Shown here: one piece after another, positions 30,756 to 40,140 of the stretch | Numbering within the stretch: the stretch's first letter is position 1 | How the letters are laid out: the number at the start of each line of letters is the position of its first letter | NCBI GenBank assembly: GCA_035480235.1 | Contig: DATIHX010000011.1 | Coordinates: 146 to 64,145 of the forward strand | Reading direction: 5' to 3' | Length of the DNA stretch: 64,000 bases | DNA from: Candidatus Saccharimonadales bacterium | Lineage (GTDB): Bacteria > Patescibacteriota > UBA1384 > 2-12-FULL-50-11 | Program-made: the position numbers and the translations under genes | The notes under the pieces: model-generated | Told to the model about the DNA's origin: nothing | Database searches by the model: none | The model's input: the letters and a program-made list of their open reading frames with translations, nothing else

Positions 30756-31892
30756 ATGATTAAAGACCTCGTAAACGAAGAAACCGCTCGCCAAAAAGCG
30801 ACGATTAATTTAATTGCGTCGGAAAATTTTGTATCAGATGACGTTAAAGCCGCATTGGGTAGCGACTTAACGAACAAATACGCCGAAGGTCAACCGGGTT
30901 GGCGTTACTACGGCGGTGTGGAGGTAATGGATAAGCTGGAAAACGAAGTTAAAACCCTCGCCCAAAAAGTTTTCCACACTAACTACGCCGTCAACGTTCA
31001 GCCCTATTCCGGCTCGATCGCTAATTTGGCCGTTTATTTTGCCTTGCTGCAGCCCGGCGACCCGATTATGGGCCTAGAACTCTCGCACGGCGGCCATTTG
31101 ACCCACGGCCACCCGGTGACGATGAGCGGCAAACTTTATGACCGCTACGCCTATTTCGTCGACCAAGAAACCTTCTTGATCGATTACGATCAGCTGGAAG
31201 CGGAAGCCAAAGAAATTAAACCGAAATTAATTATCTCCGGCGCTTCGGCCTATTCCCGCCTCATTGATTTTGAACGAATTGGCAAAATTGCCAAAAAGGT
31301 TGGCGCCTACCACCTCGCCGATATCTCTCACATCAGCGGTTTAGTTGCCGCCGGCCTTCATCCGACGCCGTTCGGTCACGCCGATATCGTCATGACCACC
31401 ACCCACAAAATTCTGCGCGGGCCGCGCGGGGCGTTACTCTTCTGCAAACCCGAACTAGAAAAAGTCATTAATAAAGCCGTTTTCCCTGGCCTTCAGGGCG
31501 GGCCGCACATGAACACCATTGCGGCGATCGGCGTTTGCCTGGAAGAAGCCCTTCAGCCGACCTACAAAGAATATTGCGAAACGGTGGTGAAAAACGCGAT
31601 GACACTTGCCGCCGAATTGCAAAAAGGCGGCCTGGAAATTATCACCGGCGGCACCGACAACCATCTCTTTTTAGTTGATCTCCGGCCACTCAAAATTGAC
31701 GGCCACGTCGCACAGGAAAAGCTGGAAGCGACCGGGATTATTGTTAACATGAACGCCGTGCCGTACGACGACGCCCCACCGCTGAAGCCATCGGGTATTC
31801 GGATCGGCACCCCAGCCATTACCACGGCCGGAATGACGCCAAAGGATATGCCGGAATTGGCGGAAAAAATTATCAGTGCCCTCAATGGCTAA
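30756..31892 (+). CDS. glyA: serine hydroxymethyltransferase
   Basis: INLIASENF, YAEGQPGWRYYGG and TTTHKILRGPRG (PLP lysine) motifs. ATG at 30756. Confidence 0.95.
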   Translation: MIKDLVNEETARQKATINLIASENFVSDDVKAALGSDLTNKYAEGQPGWRYYGGVEVMDKLENEVKTLAQKVFHTNYAVNVQPYSGSIANLAVYFALLQPGDPIMGLELSHGGHLTHGHPVTMSGKLYDRYAYFVDQETFLIDYDQLEAEAKEIKPKLIISGASAYSRLIDFERIGKIAKKVGAYHLADISHISGLVAAGLHPTPFGHADIVMTTTHKILRGPRGALLFCKPELEKVINKAVFPGLQGGPHMNTIAAIGVCLEEALQPTYKEYCETVVKNAMTLAAELQKGGLEIITGGTDNHLFLVDLRPLKIDGHVAQEKLEATGIIVNMNAVPYDDAPPLKPSGIRIGTPAITTAGMTPKDMPELAEKIISALNG

Positions 31893-34800
31893 ATCAGTTG
31901 CGGCTCGAGGCTGATTTGTTTATTCAACCGATCGCCGCTCAAACTAGCTTGGGCGTTTTGATAGCCAGCTTTGGTAACAATTAATTGGTACTCTGCCGGC
32001 CGAACGGTGAACAAAAAGCGGCCGTGTTCATCGGTGATAGTTGAGTGAACGATGGCGTGATCATTGCCTGCCTGGGTGAGCTGAACAACGGCGTAAGAGA
32101 GCGGCCGACCGGTTCGGCGGTCGCTAACCACCCCGAACGGCCGATCCAGACGAAGCTGAAAAAGCTTAGCCACCCAGAAAAGTAAGTAAATGAGTGCCAA
32201 AACCAACCGACCAACGCTTAACTGCTCAAACAGGAGAATACCCGCCAAGGCGCTGCCTAATAGTAAAGTTGGCCAATATAAGTAACCCAGCCACTTGGCG
32301 ATCTTCACCCAGCTCAAAGCCTCGGCCAACCGGGCCGAGAGGCGGCTCGCAATTGGCAACAAGACGATGTCGTCCATTACCAACTGGACTCTCGGGTTAG
32401 TAACCGTGACCAGCGGGCTTAAATAGGTGCCGTACAGCGGGTTGGTGATACGAATTTGGTACGCGCCCGGCTGGCTGACCAGGAAGCCGTAGCGGCCGGT
32501 CTTGTCAGTGAGGTTCCGGCCGAGCGGTTGGCCGTGGCCGTTTAATAACTCCACGAAAACCCCAGCGATCGGCAGGCCGGTAATGGCTTGGCGCACCGTC
32601 CCCCATTTCGGCCGGCGGCGCGCCTGCAGCGGCAAAATGCCAGCAAAAAGCAGATACAACGCTGAGCTGCCTTGGGCAGCACCGGCGGCAAAGGCGCTGG
32701 CCAAAAGCGTGCCAATCGGGCCGAAACCCAGAAAGGCCGTTAGGCCGGCGCCGGCACTGACAACGGCAGTTGCCTGGTTTAAGCTCGGGCGGCCCCGGAA
32801 ATAACTTCGCACGGCTTGGCTAGATTGGTTAAGAGTACTCACGGCTCCCCCTGCCGGGCTATCGATTTTCAAACACAAGCCGAAAATACAGACCGTCGCC
32901 GGATTAACGATAATCGACGCTGAATGGCCGCTGACGCCAGCGCCGTCGGTAAGGCTAATAGTAATCGTCTCGGCTGCCTCGTCGCGCAGATAGAGTTTAA
33001 GCTGACCACCGCTAAAGACCACTCGACCGATCGGTGTTTGGTAACGAGAATCGGCGTAAAATTTCGCCTGACCGGAATTCTCTAAGGTAAGAGTTGTGGC
33101 CGCAACGTTGTTCGCTGGGTTACCAAACTGATCTTCGGCGCTGATTGTTTCGCTCCAACCGATGGTTGTTCGCTCTGGACTGGTGGCAGTAATGAGGTAT
33201 CGAGTGATCGTAGAAGCGTTAACGGTAATTACGGCGGTGGTTGCGAGTGCTGCAATTTGGCTGTCCTGAAACGCAATCGTTTGGCTACCGGCTGTTTTAA
33301 GGTTGAAGCCGGCAATTTTTTTACTGCCAGTGTCAGTTGAGCTGAAAATCGCCACAGCCGGTAGCCCGGCGGCGAGGTCGCTAGAGCTGAACGCAACAGT
33401 TCCCCGGTAACTGGTAGCGGTATTGCCGTAAGCATCGCGAGCTCGCAATTGAATCGTTATTGAACTTCCAGCCACTGCTGTGGCCGGGGCGATGGCGTTA
33501 AGAGCGCTGGCTGCCCCAGCACTAACACTCAACTTTAATCCACCAGTAGCTTGACCGCCCAACTCACCAACTATCAGGGTTTGGCTACCGGCGGTTTTGA
33601 AGGTCAATTGGCCGGCAAATGCCTTCACCCCCGCGTCCGTGCTTCGAAACTCGTAATCGACCGGGACGACGGCTTGAGCGTCGGAAGAGGTGAAGTGAAT
33701 TGTGTGATTATAATCTACGACCACATTACCGAAACGATCTTCAACCGTAACTGCCGGCGTCAGAGCCAGACCGGCTACTGCGCTACCAGCCGTTACAATT
33801 ACAAATTGGCTGGCAGTTGCGGCAGAGACAGTAATTTTTTCCGAGCCGCTAATCGTAGTGGTTTGCGTATCAGCACCGGTCAGCGTTATTGTCCCGGCCC
33901 TTTTGAGCGTCATCACAAAAACTTTCAGGCCTGCATCGCCCGCTTGAAAGATGTAATCGCTCGGCAAGTCTGCTTGCAGACTGGAGGCAGAAAAATGAAC
34001 GGTGCCGGTGTAGTCGGTAGCGGTAGCGCCGGAACCGTTGAGAGCACGAACGGTAATTTTACCTTGCTCTCCGGCGGTAATTTGAGAACTAAAGTTGTCG
34101 GTCACTGCTAGGCCAACGGCTGGGCGGCTCAACACGACCGTTCCGTCACCGGCGCCGCTGCCGCCATTGCCATGCGTCGCCGTGGGCGTAACGTCCGGAC
34201 TATCTAAATAATTGCAGCGCCGAAACACTCGGCCGCCGCCACCACCGGAGCCGTTGAGACTGCCGTTGCCACCATTAGCGCTAATAGTTCCGCTGCCGGC
34301 GCAATGGTTAGCTTCCAACCAGATGCTGCCACCGGAGCCACCGGAGCCGCTGGTGCTAGCGCCGTTCATTCCAACGGAACCGTTAACAGTTACCACGCCA
34401 CCGGCAATAATTTTAAGCGCCGCTGCACCAGCGCCGCCAGCCACCAGCGTGCCACTGTTATCGGCAAAACCGCCGCCGGAGCCAAGCTGGGTTGGGGCGT
34501 TGGCGCTGCCGTAAGTGGCCCCAGCCATAGCGCCACCGTTAGTTCCGCCCACACCGCCGTAACTGCCCCCGGCAGCAAAAACGTCTGGCGCCGTGCCGGC
34601 ACTGCCGCCGCCGCCCGGTCCGCTGCCCGTTAATATGCTCTTCGTACCGCCAGCAAAGCCGTTAGCATTCCCGGTAATTTCCGAGCTACCGTAAACGCTG
34701 ACGTTATTCGACACGTTCAAGACCGCCCCCACATTATTTAGGGTGTCCCCTTCAATTATTACCATGCCCTTACTTGAGAGATCGGCCGCGCCAACCGTTA

Positions 34801-35404
34801 GCGACTGAAGGGTCGCCACCGTGCCACCGGCGATCGTCAACACGCCGTTGCCGCTAACGGTAATGTCGCCGAAACAAACTGTGCCCGACCATGTTTCGGT
34901 GGTGGTAATCGTATGGCTTTCGCACTGTACTACCAGCCCATCATCGGCTAAGGTCCGGCGAACTGAACCAAAAATTGCTAGCACCGCCAAAACTAAAATG
35001 ATAACGTGAACGGAACCAGCAAACGGCCGGGTATGCCACCAACGGTAGATGGCTATTCGCAGACGCAACCAATCGTGCAGCGGCGTGAAAAACGGGAAGA
35101 GGGTGCGGGTAGAACGTTGTTCCAGCCACAAATAATACTCGTCTTCCGCCAAATGAACGGTTTTTTTGTAGGCCACAGCGCTACCAAGCAATATTAAACC
35201 CAGCAGCACCGTTAGCGCTGCGAGCCACTCCGGAGCGTGCCGGTTCAGCCAAAACCAGAGTTGGTTCCAATTAAACTGCCAGTGGAGTTGCCAATGGAGC
35301 CAAAAAATCAAACCGCCACCCACTACCAAGAGCAGTCCAAAGTAAAAGGTTAATGGGTAGCGGCCGAACAGCGCTGTGATTGTTGATTGGCGGTTAGTTT
35401 TCAT
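31889..35404 (-). CDS. very large membrane/surface protein: N-terminal TM segments, Gly-rich beta-helix-like region, ~4 Ig-like ~100-aa repeats, and C-terminal TM segments with two carboxypeptidase-regulatory-like domains
   Basis: ORF track. Repeats GTVHFSASSLQADLPSDYIF.., HTIHFTSSDAQAVVPVDYEF.., GTVAFSSSDLAAGLPAVAIF.. span roughly 32897-34114. GRYGFLVSQPGAYQIRI and HGRFLFTVRPAEYQLIVTKAGY motifs. Start at MKTNRQ (35404). Confidence 0.8.
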   Translation of the reverse strand: MKTNRQSTITALFGRYPLTFYFGLLLVVGGGLIFWLHWQLHWQFNWNQLWFWLNRHAPEWLAALTVLLGLILLGSAVAYKKTVHLAEDEYYLWLEQRSTRTLFPFFTPLHDWLRLRIAIYRWWHTRPFAGSVHVIILVLAVLAIFGSVRRTLADDGLVVQCESHTITTTETWSGTVCFGDITVSGNGVLTIAGGTVATLQSLTVGAADLSSKGMVIIEGDTLNNVGAVLNVSNNVSVYGSSEITGNANGFAGGTKSILTGSGPGGGGSAGTAPDVFAAGGSYGGVGGTNGGAMAGATYGSANAPTQLGSGGGFADNSGTLVAGGAGAAALKIIAGGVVTVNGSVGMNGASTSGSGGSGGSIWLEANHCAGSGTISANGGNGSLNGSGGGGGRVFRRCNYLDSPDVTPTATHGNGGSGAGDGTVVLSRPAVGLAVTDNFSSQITAGEQGKITVRALNGSGATATDYTGTVHFSASSLQADLPSDYIFQAGDAGLKVFVMTLKRAGTITLTGADTQTTTISGSEKITVSAATASQFVIVTAGSAVAGLALTPAVTVEDRFGNVVVDYNHTIHFTSSDAQAVVPVDYEFRSTDAGVKAFAGQLTFKTAGSQTLIVGELGGQATGGLKLSVSAGAASALNAIAPATAVAGSSITIQLRARDAYGNTATSYRGTVAFSSSDLAAGLPAVAIFSSTDTGSKKIAGFNLKTAGSQTIAFQDSQIAALATTAVITVNASTITRYLITATSPERTTIGWSETISAEDQFGNPANNVAATTLTLENSGQAKFYADSRYQTPIGRVVFSGGQLKLYLRDEAAETITISLTDGAGVSGHSASIIVNPATVCIFGLCLKIDSPAGGAVSTLNQSSQAVRSYFRGRPSLNQATAVVSAGAGLTAFLGFGPIGTLLASAFAAGAAQGSSALYLLFAGILPLQARRRPKWGTVRQAITGLPIAGVFVELLNGHGQPLGRNLTDKTGRYGFLVSQPGAYQIRITNPLYGTYLSPLVTVTNPRVQLVMDDIVLLPIASRLSARLAEALSWVKIAKWLGYLYWPTLLLGSALAGILLFEQLSVGRLVLALIYLLFWVAKLFQLRLDRPFGVVSDRRTGRPLSYAVVQLTQAGNDHAIVHSTITDEHGRFLFTVRPAEYQLIVTKAGYQNAQASLSGDRLNKQISLEPQLI

Positions 35405-35500
35405 CCCCTCGTCATTTAATGATGCCAGTTTGGCCTGGGAAAACAACCGAGGTATCCGCCGGTTGGGTTGGGGTAAATTTTCCGCTAAGATTAACCGGAG

Positions 35501-37246
35501 ATGGCAGCCGAGATTTATGAAAAAACCAACCTCTATAAATTACGCCACAGCGCCGCCCACGTTTTGGCGATGGCCGCGATTGAATTCGACCCAAAAGTAA
35601 AATTGGCGATCGGCCCGCCGATTGAGAGCGGCTTTTACTATGATTTTGAGTTTACCAAGCCGCTCGGGCCGGACGATTTGAAGACGCTCGAAAAAACAAT
35701 GCGGTCGATTATTAATAAAAACATCGTCGTCGAACATAAAACGATGAGCCATCAAGAAGCCGTTGGTTTTTACAAAAAAACTCACCAGCCGTTCAAGCAA
35801 GAGCTGGCCGAAAACCTAACCGACAAAGAATTGGGTTTTTACGGCATTGGGGAATTTTGGGATCTCTGCAAAGGCCCGCACGTCAAAAGCACCGGCGAAA
35901 TAAAGGCCTTCAAACTTTTAAGTATCGCCGGGGCGTATTGGCGCGGCGACGAACACCAACCGATGTTGACGCGCATTTACGGCACGGCTTTTGAAACGGT
36001 CAAAGAGCTGGACGCCTACATCGATATGTTGGAAGAAGCGAAAAAACGCGATCACCGCAAACTGGGCTCACAGCTTGATCTATTTACGTTTTCCGATTTG
36101 GTCGGCCCGGGCTTGCCGCTCTGGACACCGAAAGGCATGGCCCTGCGGGAAAGCTTGGACAATTTTATTTGGGAGCTCCGGCAAAAGTACGGCTACGAAA
36201 AAGTGGAGATCCCCCACATCACCAAAAAAGCCTTGTACGAAACTTCCGGCCATTGGGAGAAATTTAAAGACGAGCTGATGAAGATTGCCACTCGCGAAGG
36301 CCACGAGTACGCCTTGAAGCCGATGAACTGCCCGCACCACACTCAAATCTTCAATCGGAAAAAGTGGAGCTACCGCCAGCTGCCGCAGCGCTACGCCAAC
36401 ACGACGATGGTCTACCGCGATGAGCAATCGGGCGAACTCTCCGGCCTTTCGCGCGTTTTATCAATCACCCAAGACGACGCTCACGTATTTTGCCGCGCCG
36501 ACCAGGTGAAAGAAGAAATCGGCAACGTCTGGAATATTATCGAAGAGTTTTACGGCGCCCTTGGCTTCAAACCAACCCCCCGGCTGTCAACCCGTGATCC
36601 GCAAAAACCAGAGCAATATTTAGGCTCACCAGCGATTTGGGATCAGGCCGAAAAAGCCTTAGCCGACCTCGTCAAAAAACGCGGCGCTACCGCCACGACC
36701 GGCGTCGGTGACGCCACGTTCTACGGCCCGAAAATCGACTTTATGGCCAAAGATTCTTTAGGCCGCGAACACCAAGTAGCCACTATCCAGCTCGATATGA
36801 ATATGCCCGGCCGATTTGGCTTGACTTACACTAACGAGGAAGGCAAAGAGGCGCCGGTAGTGATGATTCACGTCGCCATCGCCGGCTCGCTGGAGCGCTG
36901 CATCGCTATTTTAATCGAACATTTCGCTGGCGAGTTCCCGCTGTGGCTGGCGCCAGTTCAAGCCGTGGTTTTGCCGATTAGCGAAAAATTTGTGGATTAC
37001 GCCCGCGAAGTTGGCGCCGAATTAAAGAAAAATAGTTGGCGAGTGGAAGTTGATGAATCGGACGAACGGCTGGGCAAACGGATCCGCAACGCCGAACTGC
37101 AAAAAATTCCGTTTGTGTTGGTCGTTGGCGAAAAGGAAGTAGCCGACCGAACGGTATCGGTGCGAATGCGCCACACCGCCGAGCAACCAACCGTGCCGCT
37201 CAACGAATTTGTGAAAAACTACCGCCCGAACGACCGCTCAAGCTAG
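35501..37246 (+). CDS. thrS: threonyl-tRNA synthetase lacking the N-terminal TGS domain
   Basis: HSAAHVLA and DLCKGPHV editing-domain motifs, class II core (FRDE-like YRDEQSGELSGLSRV) and an anticodon-binding domain. Confidence 0.95.
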   Translation: MAAEIYEKTNLYKLRHSAAHVLAMAAIEFDPKVKLAIGPPIESGFYYDFEFTKPLGPDDLKTLEKTMRSIINKNIVVEHKTMSHQEAVGFYKKTHQPFKQELAENLTDKELGFYGIGEFWDLCKGPHVKSTGEIKAFKLLSIAGAYWRGDEHQPMLTRIYGTAFETVKELDAYIDMLEEAKKRDHRKLGSQLDLFTFSDLVGPGLPLWTPKGMALRESLDNFIWELRQKYGYEKVEIPHITKKALYETSGHWEKFKDELMKIATREGHEYALKPMNCPHHTQIFNRKKWSYRQLPQRYANTTMVYRDEQSGELSGLSRVLSITQDDAHVFCRADQVKEEIGNVWNIIEEFYGALGFKPTPRLSTRDPQKPEQYLGSPAIWDQAEKALADLVKKRGATATTGVGDATFYGPKIDFMAKDSLGREHQVATIQLDMNMPGRFGLTYTNEEGKEAPVVMIHVAIAGSLERCIAILIEHFAGEFPLWLAPVQAVVLPISEKFVDYAREVGAELKKNSWRVEVDESDERLGKRIRNAELQKIPFVLVVGEKEVADRTVSVRMRHTAEQPTVPLNEFVKNYRPNDRSS

Positions 37247-37271
37247 CTTTTTCTGTGGCATACTATAACCA

Positions 37272-39227
37272 ATGCCCACTGAATCCGGCCCACAATTCTT
37301 AAAAGAAAAGTACGACCTTCATAATGCGCCAGAGGTACAAACAGCGGCCGAGCGAACCAATCGCCGCAACGAACGAGCCGCCCAAGACGGTGAAGAGTTT
37401 GAAACTATCGGCCAAGATCCGGCCGCCCGGATTGAAAATTACCTCCGACGTTTTACAGAAATAACAAAGCGCACGGATCCGGAAAAACGCGAACGCGGCC
37501 TAGAAGCCGTCAAGCAACTAATTTTTGATAAGTTTGTCACTAAGTACGAAGACGTGCCAGAATCGTTTAAGCAATTGCAGGAAAGATTAATCCGAGAGCG
37601 CGGCGCGGGCGGCGACTGGGCCGGAGCAACAGACGAGCAAAGAGAACAAGTTATCCGGCAAAACGCCGAGGCAATGATTGACGATCAGCAGGCTTCGCTT
37701 GAACAATGGATCGACTACTTGGCCTCGGCCGATTCCAGCTATATGCCTGATTATTTAAAATACTGGACCGTTCGGAGCGTTCTCGGCCTCCAGGAATACG
37801 ATAAAGAAAATCATAAATTCCCTAACCGTTCCCGTGGCACCCTCAAGCAATTCCCCGACATTAACCAGGAGGCGCTCGTCTATGTGACCGAAGCTCTCGA
37901 AAAACATTTTAACGGCCAAAAGCCGGAGTACGAATATGACATTCAACCGGAAGATCGGACTCGATTTGAACAATTTATTGAGCACCAAAGCTTCGCCAAA
38001 ATGTATGCTTGGGCCGTTGAGCAAATTAACCCGATTTCCGAAGAACTTCTTCAAGTTACTGAAGGGCAATGGCATAAATTCGAGCAAGGCTCCGATTCAC
38101 ACGCCTTATCCGATTCAATCCGCGGCCGAAGTACCGGCTGGTGTACTGCTGGCCAAAACACTGCTAAAACGCAACTTGAAGCCGGGGACTTTTATATTTA
38201 TTACTCCAATAACGAGGAGGGCAGCCCAACTATCCCCCGCATCGCCATTCGGTTGGAAACGGGTAAGATCGCCGAAGTTCGGGGGGTAGCCTATAAACAA
38301 AACCTTGACCCTTATATGGGGCCGATACTAGAAGAAAAACTTAATGAATTTCCCGACAAGCAGCAGTATCTGAAAAAGGAACACGATATGGCCACGCTCA
38401 CCGCCCTCGAGCAGCGAGCCAAAGCAGGCGAAGAACTAACAAAAATTGATCTAGCCTTCCTTTACGAAATAGATAGCCAAATAGAAGGCTTTGGCTATCA
38501 GCGCGATCCCCGTATTAAAGAGTTGCGCGTCGGACGGAATATGGAAGCCGACATGTTAACCATCTTTGAATGCGAACCAGCCCAAATCGCCCGGAGTGTT
38601 GCAGAAATAAACGCCGAAACGAAAGCTTTTGTTGGCAAGTTGGAACCCGGCATTTTCACTAAAATTGCCGAACATCCAGCTATTGAACACCTGTACACCA
38701 ACTTCCCCGAAGGCAAAATCGCCCGCTCAGAACTAACGATCGGCGGTAAAACAGTTGACCAGCTCAAAGCCGAAATGGCAGAAAAACAAATTAATACTTC
38801 CAGTTGGGCCGAAGATATGCTGGCTAAAATGCCGGTCTTACCAAACCCTGAGCAAATCACCCTTATTCGTTTAAAAGTCGGCGATCTTGGCTTAACCGGC
38901 CAGCCAACGACCGATGAAATTTACGCCCGGGCCGCCGAATTGGGACTAGAACTCTGCCCAGCCGAAGTCGGTCCGCACCAACGCCTCAAAGACACCGAAC
39001 AGCCGTTAGGCGATTGGTATCGGGTGGCGATGAAACAAATTGCTGACCGGTTCGGCAGCCCGGACGTCTTCCGCCTGGAACGCAACGACCACGGCTTGTG
39101 GCTGAGCGACAGTATTGCCGAGCCCGACCGCAGGTGGGATCTGGACGATCAGTTTGTCTTCGGTCTTCGCAATGTTTCTCCGGACTCTCAGGCTCCTGAA
39201 CCCTTTATTCCCCAATTTGAGTTTTAG
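37272..39227 (+). CDS. DGR target protein (651 aa) with a C-terminal variable region
   Basis: ORF track. The VR occupies codons encoding ...IADRFGSPDVFRLERNDHGLWLSDSIAEPDRRWDLDDQFVFGLR, near the C-terminus as in C-type-lectin-fold DGR targets. Confidence 0.8.
   Translation: MPTESGPQFLKEKYDLHNAPEVQTAAERTNRRNERAAQDGEEFETIGQDPAARIENYLRRFTEITKRTDPEKRERGLEAVKQLIFDKFVTKYEDVPESFKQLQERLIRERGAGGDWAGATDEQREQVIRQNAEAMIDDQQASLEQWIDYLASADSSYMPDYLKYWTVRSVLGLQEYDKENHKFPNRSRGTLKQFPDINQEALVYVTEALEKHFNGQKPEYEYDIQPEDRTRFEQFIEHQSFAKMYAWAVEQINPISEELLQVTEGQWHKFEQGSDSHALSDSIRGRSTGWCTAGQNTAKTQLEAGDFYIYYSNNEEGSPTIPRIAIRLETGKIAEVRGVAYKQNLDPYMGPILEEKLNEFPDKQQYLKKEHDMATLTALEQRAKAGEELTKIDLAFLYEIDSQIEGFGYQRDPRIKELRVGRNMEADMLTIFECEPAQIARSVAEINAETKAFVGKLEPGIFTKIAEHPAIEHLYTNFPEGKIARSELTIGGKTVDQLKAEMAEKQINTSSWAEDMLAKMPVLPNPEQITLIRLKVGDLGLTGQPTTDEIYARAAELGLELCPAEVGPHQRLKDTEQPLGDWYRVAMKQIADRFGSPDVFRLERNDHGLWLSDSIAEPDRRWDLDDQFVFGLRNVSPDSQAPEPFIPQFEF
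39040..39170 (+). repeat. DGR variable repeat (VR)
   Basis: 131-nt ungapped alignment with 39581-39711. 17 mismatches, every one at an A in the TR copy. Confidence 0.9.
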
Positions 39228-39257
39228 ACACTTTGCTTCTTCGGCCCTTGGAAATTT

Positions 39258-39288
39258 TTTGCGGCGTAGCCGCTCGCCGCAAATTTTT
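39258..39288 (+). terminator. hairpin/terminator after the target gene
   Basis: TTTGCGGCG-TAGCCGCT-CGCCGCAAA followed by TTTTT. Confidence 0.55.
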
Positions 39289-39580
39289 GCTAGGCTTTAA
39301 GTAGATTGGTTGTGTCGGACGGTTAGTTTCAAACCTCACAGGGGGTGAAGCGGCTTTTCGAAACCCTTCTGGCAACTATTAATTGAGGGTGCCAACGGTT
39401 AGCTTTACTACTTTAGTTAGGCGGCTTTTGGCAGTGGTTTAATAATCTGTCTACATATGTAATAAGAGAAACTTGGTGTGGCGGGCTGGTGGATTTTGGA
39501 TCCCAAATTAGATACAGCCTGAGGCCTTTTACGAATTGGTAAATTGTCTGGGCAGTGGCCAAGATGGCGCGTCGCATAAT

Positions 39581-39711
39581 TAACTGACCGGAACGGCAAC
39601 CCGAACGTCTTCAACCTGGAACGCAACGACAACGGCTTGTGGCTGAACAACAATATTGCCAAGCCCGACAACAGGTGGAATCTGGACAATCAGTTTGTCT
39701 TCGGTCTTCGC
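39581..39711 (+). repeat. DGR template repeat (TR)
   Basis: Same orientation as the VR. AAC/AAT-rich in the VR reading frame. The 3' flank (CAGTCTTTC...) diverges from the VR flank (AATGTTTCT...) right after the shared GC-rich TTCGGTCTTCGC. Confidence 0.9.
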
Positions 39712-39735
39712 CAGTCTTTCTTTTCCGCAGCCGAC

Positions 39736-40140
39736 CTAAGGGTTGCGGTTTTTCTTGTCCGGATTATCTAGGTTTTTCCGCCAGCCACCGAGCATTTTAC
39801 CGACTTCTTCTAACTTGAGAGCAATTTCTTGATAATGATTTTGAGAAAGAATCCGGCCTTCCCAGGCCACCGCGATCAAAAATTTCAAGGCGTCCAGGCG
39901 CAAAATACAATCCGAAACTTTAGCTGGCTTTTCTTCTTTGGGGCTAAAATAGGCTAAGTAAATTTGCTCTAATAAGTCGAGGAGATTATTCTCGACTCGA
40001 GTTCCTAGCGTATACCGGCTATTCTTAGGAAGATGGGCCGAAATTTTCACCCAGAGCAGATAGCCCTCTTTGATCCGGTTGACGACCGACGCATTATCGA
40101 GAGAGAGAGAGAGAGAGAGAGAGTTGGACGGCTTCGGCAT
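39736..40140 (-). CDS. avd: four-helix-bundle (Avd-like / 23S rRNA IVS-protein family) accessory protein, encoded opposite to TR and RT
   Basis: ORF track, 134 aa. ...HLPKNSRYTLGTRVENNLLDLLEQIYLAYF...LDALKFLIAVAWEGRILSQNHYQEIALKLEEVGKMLGGWRKNL matches the pattern of this family. Residues 7-14 (SLSLSLSL) are encoded by the (GA)12 tract. Confidence 0.75.
   Translation of the reverse strand: MPKPSNSLSLSLSLDNASVVNRIKEGYLLWVKISAHLPKNSRYTLGTRVENNLLDLLEQIYLAYFSPKEEKPAKVSDCILRLDALKFLIAVAWEGRILSQNHYQEIALKLEEVGKMLGGWRKNLDNPDKKNRNP

Noticed and set aside
35405-35500. A T-box or other leader upstream of thrS.
   Set aside because: Only ~96 nt of divergent intergenic DNA are available, with no specifier-hairpin or T-box consensus (AGGGUGGUACCGCG-like) sequence visible.
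39417-39689. A 90-aa minus-strand ORF overlapping the DGR template repeat.
   Set aside because: It is antisense to the TR, with no SD or motif. The region is better explained as the non-coding TR and its upstream leader.
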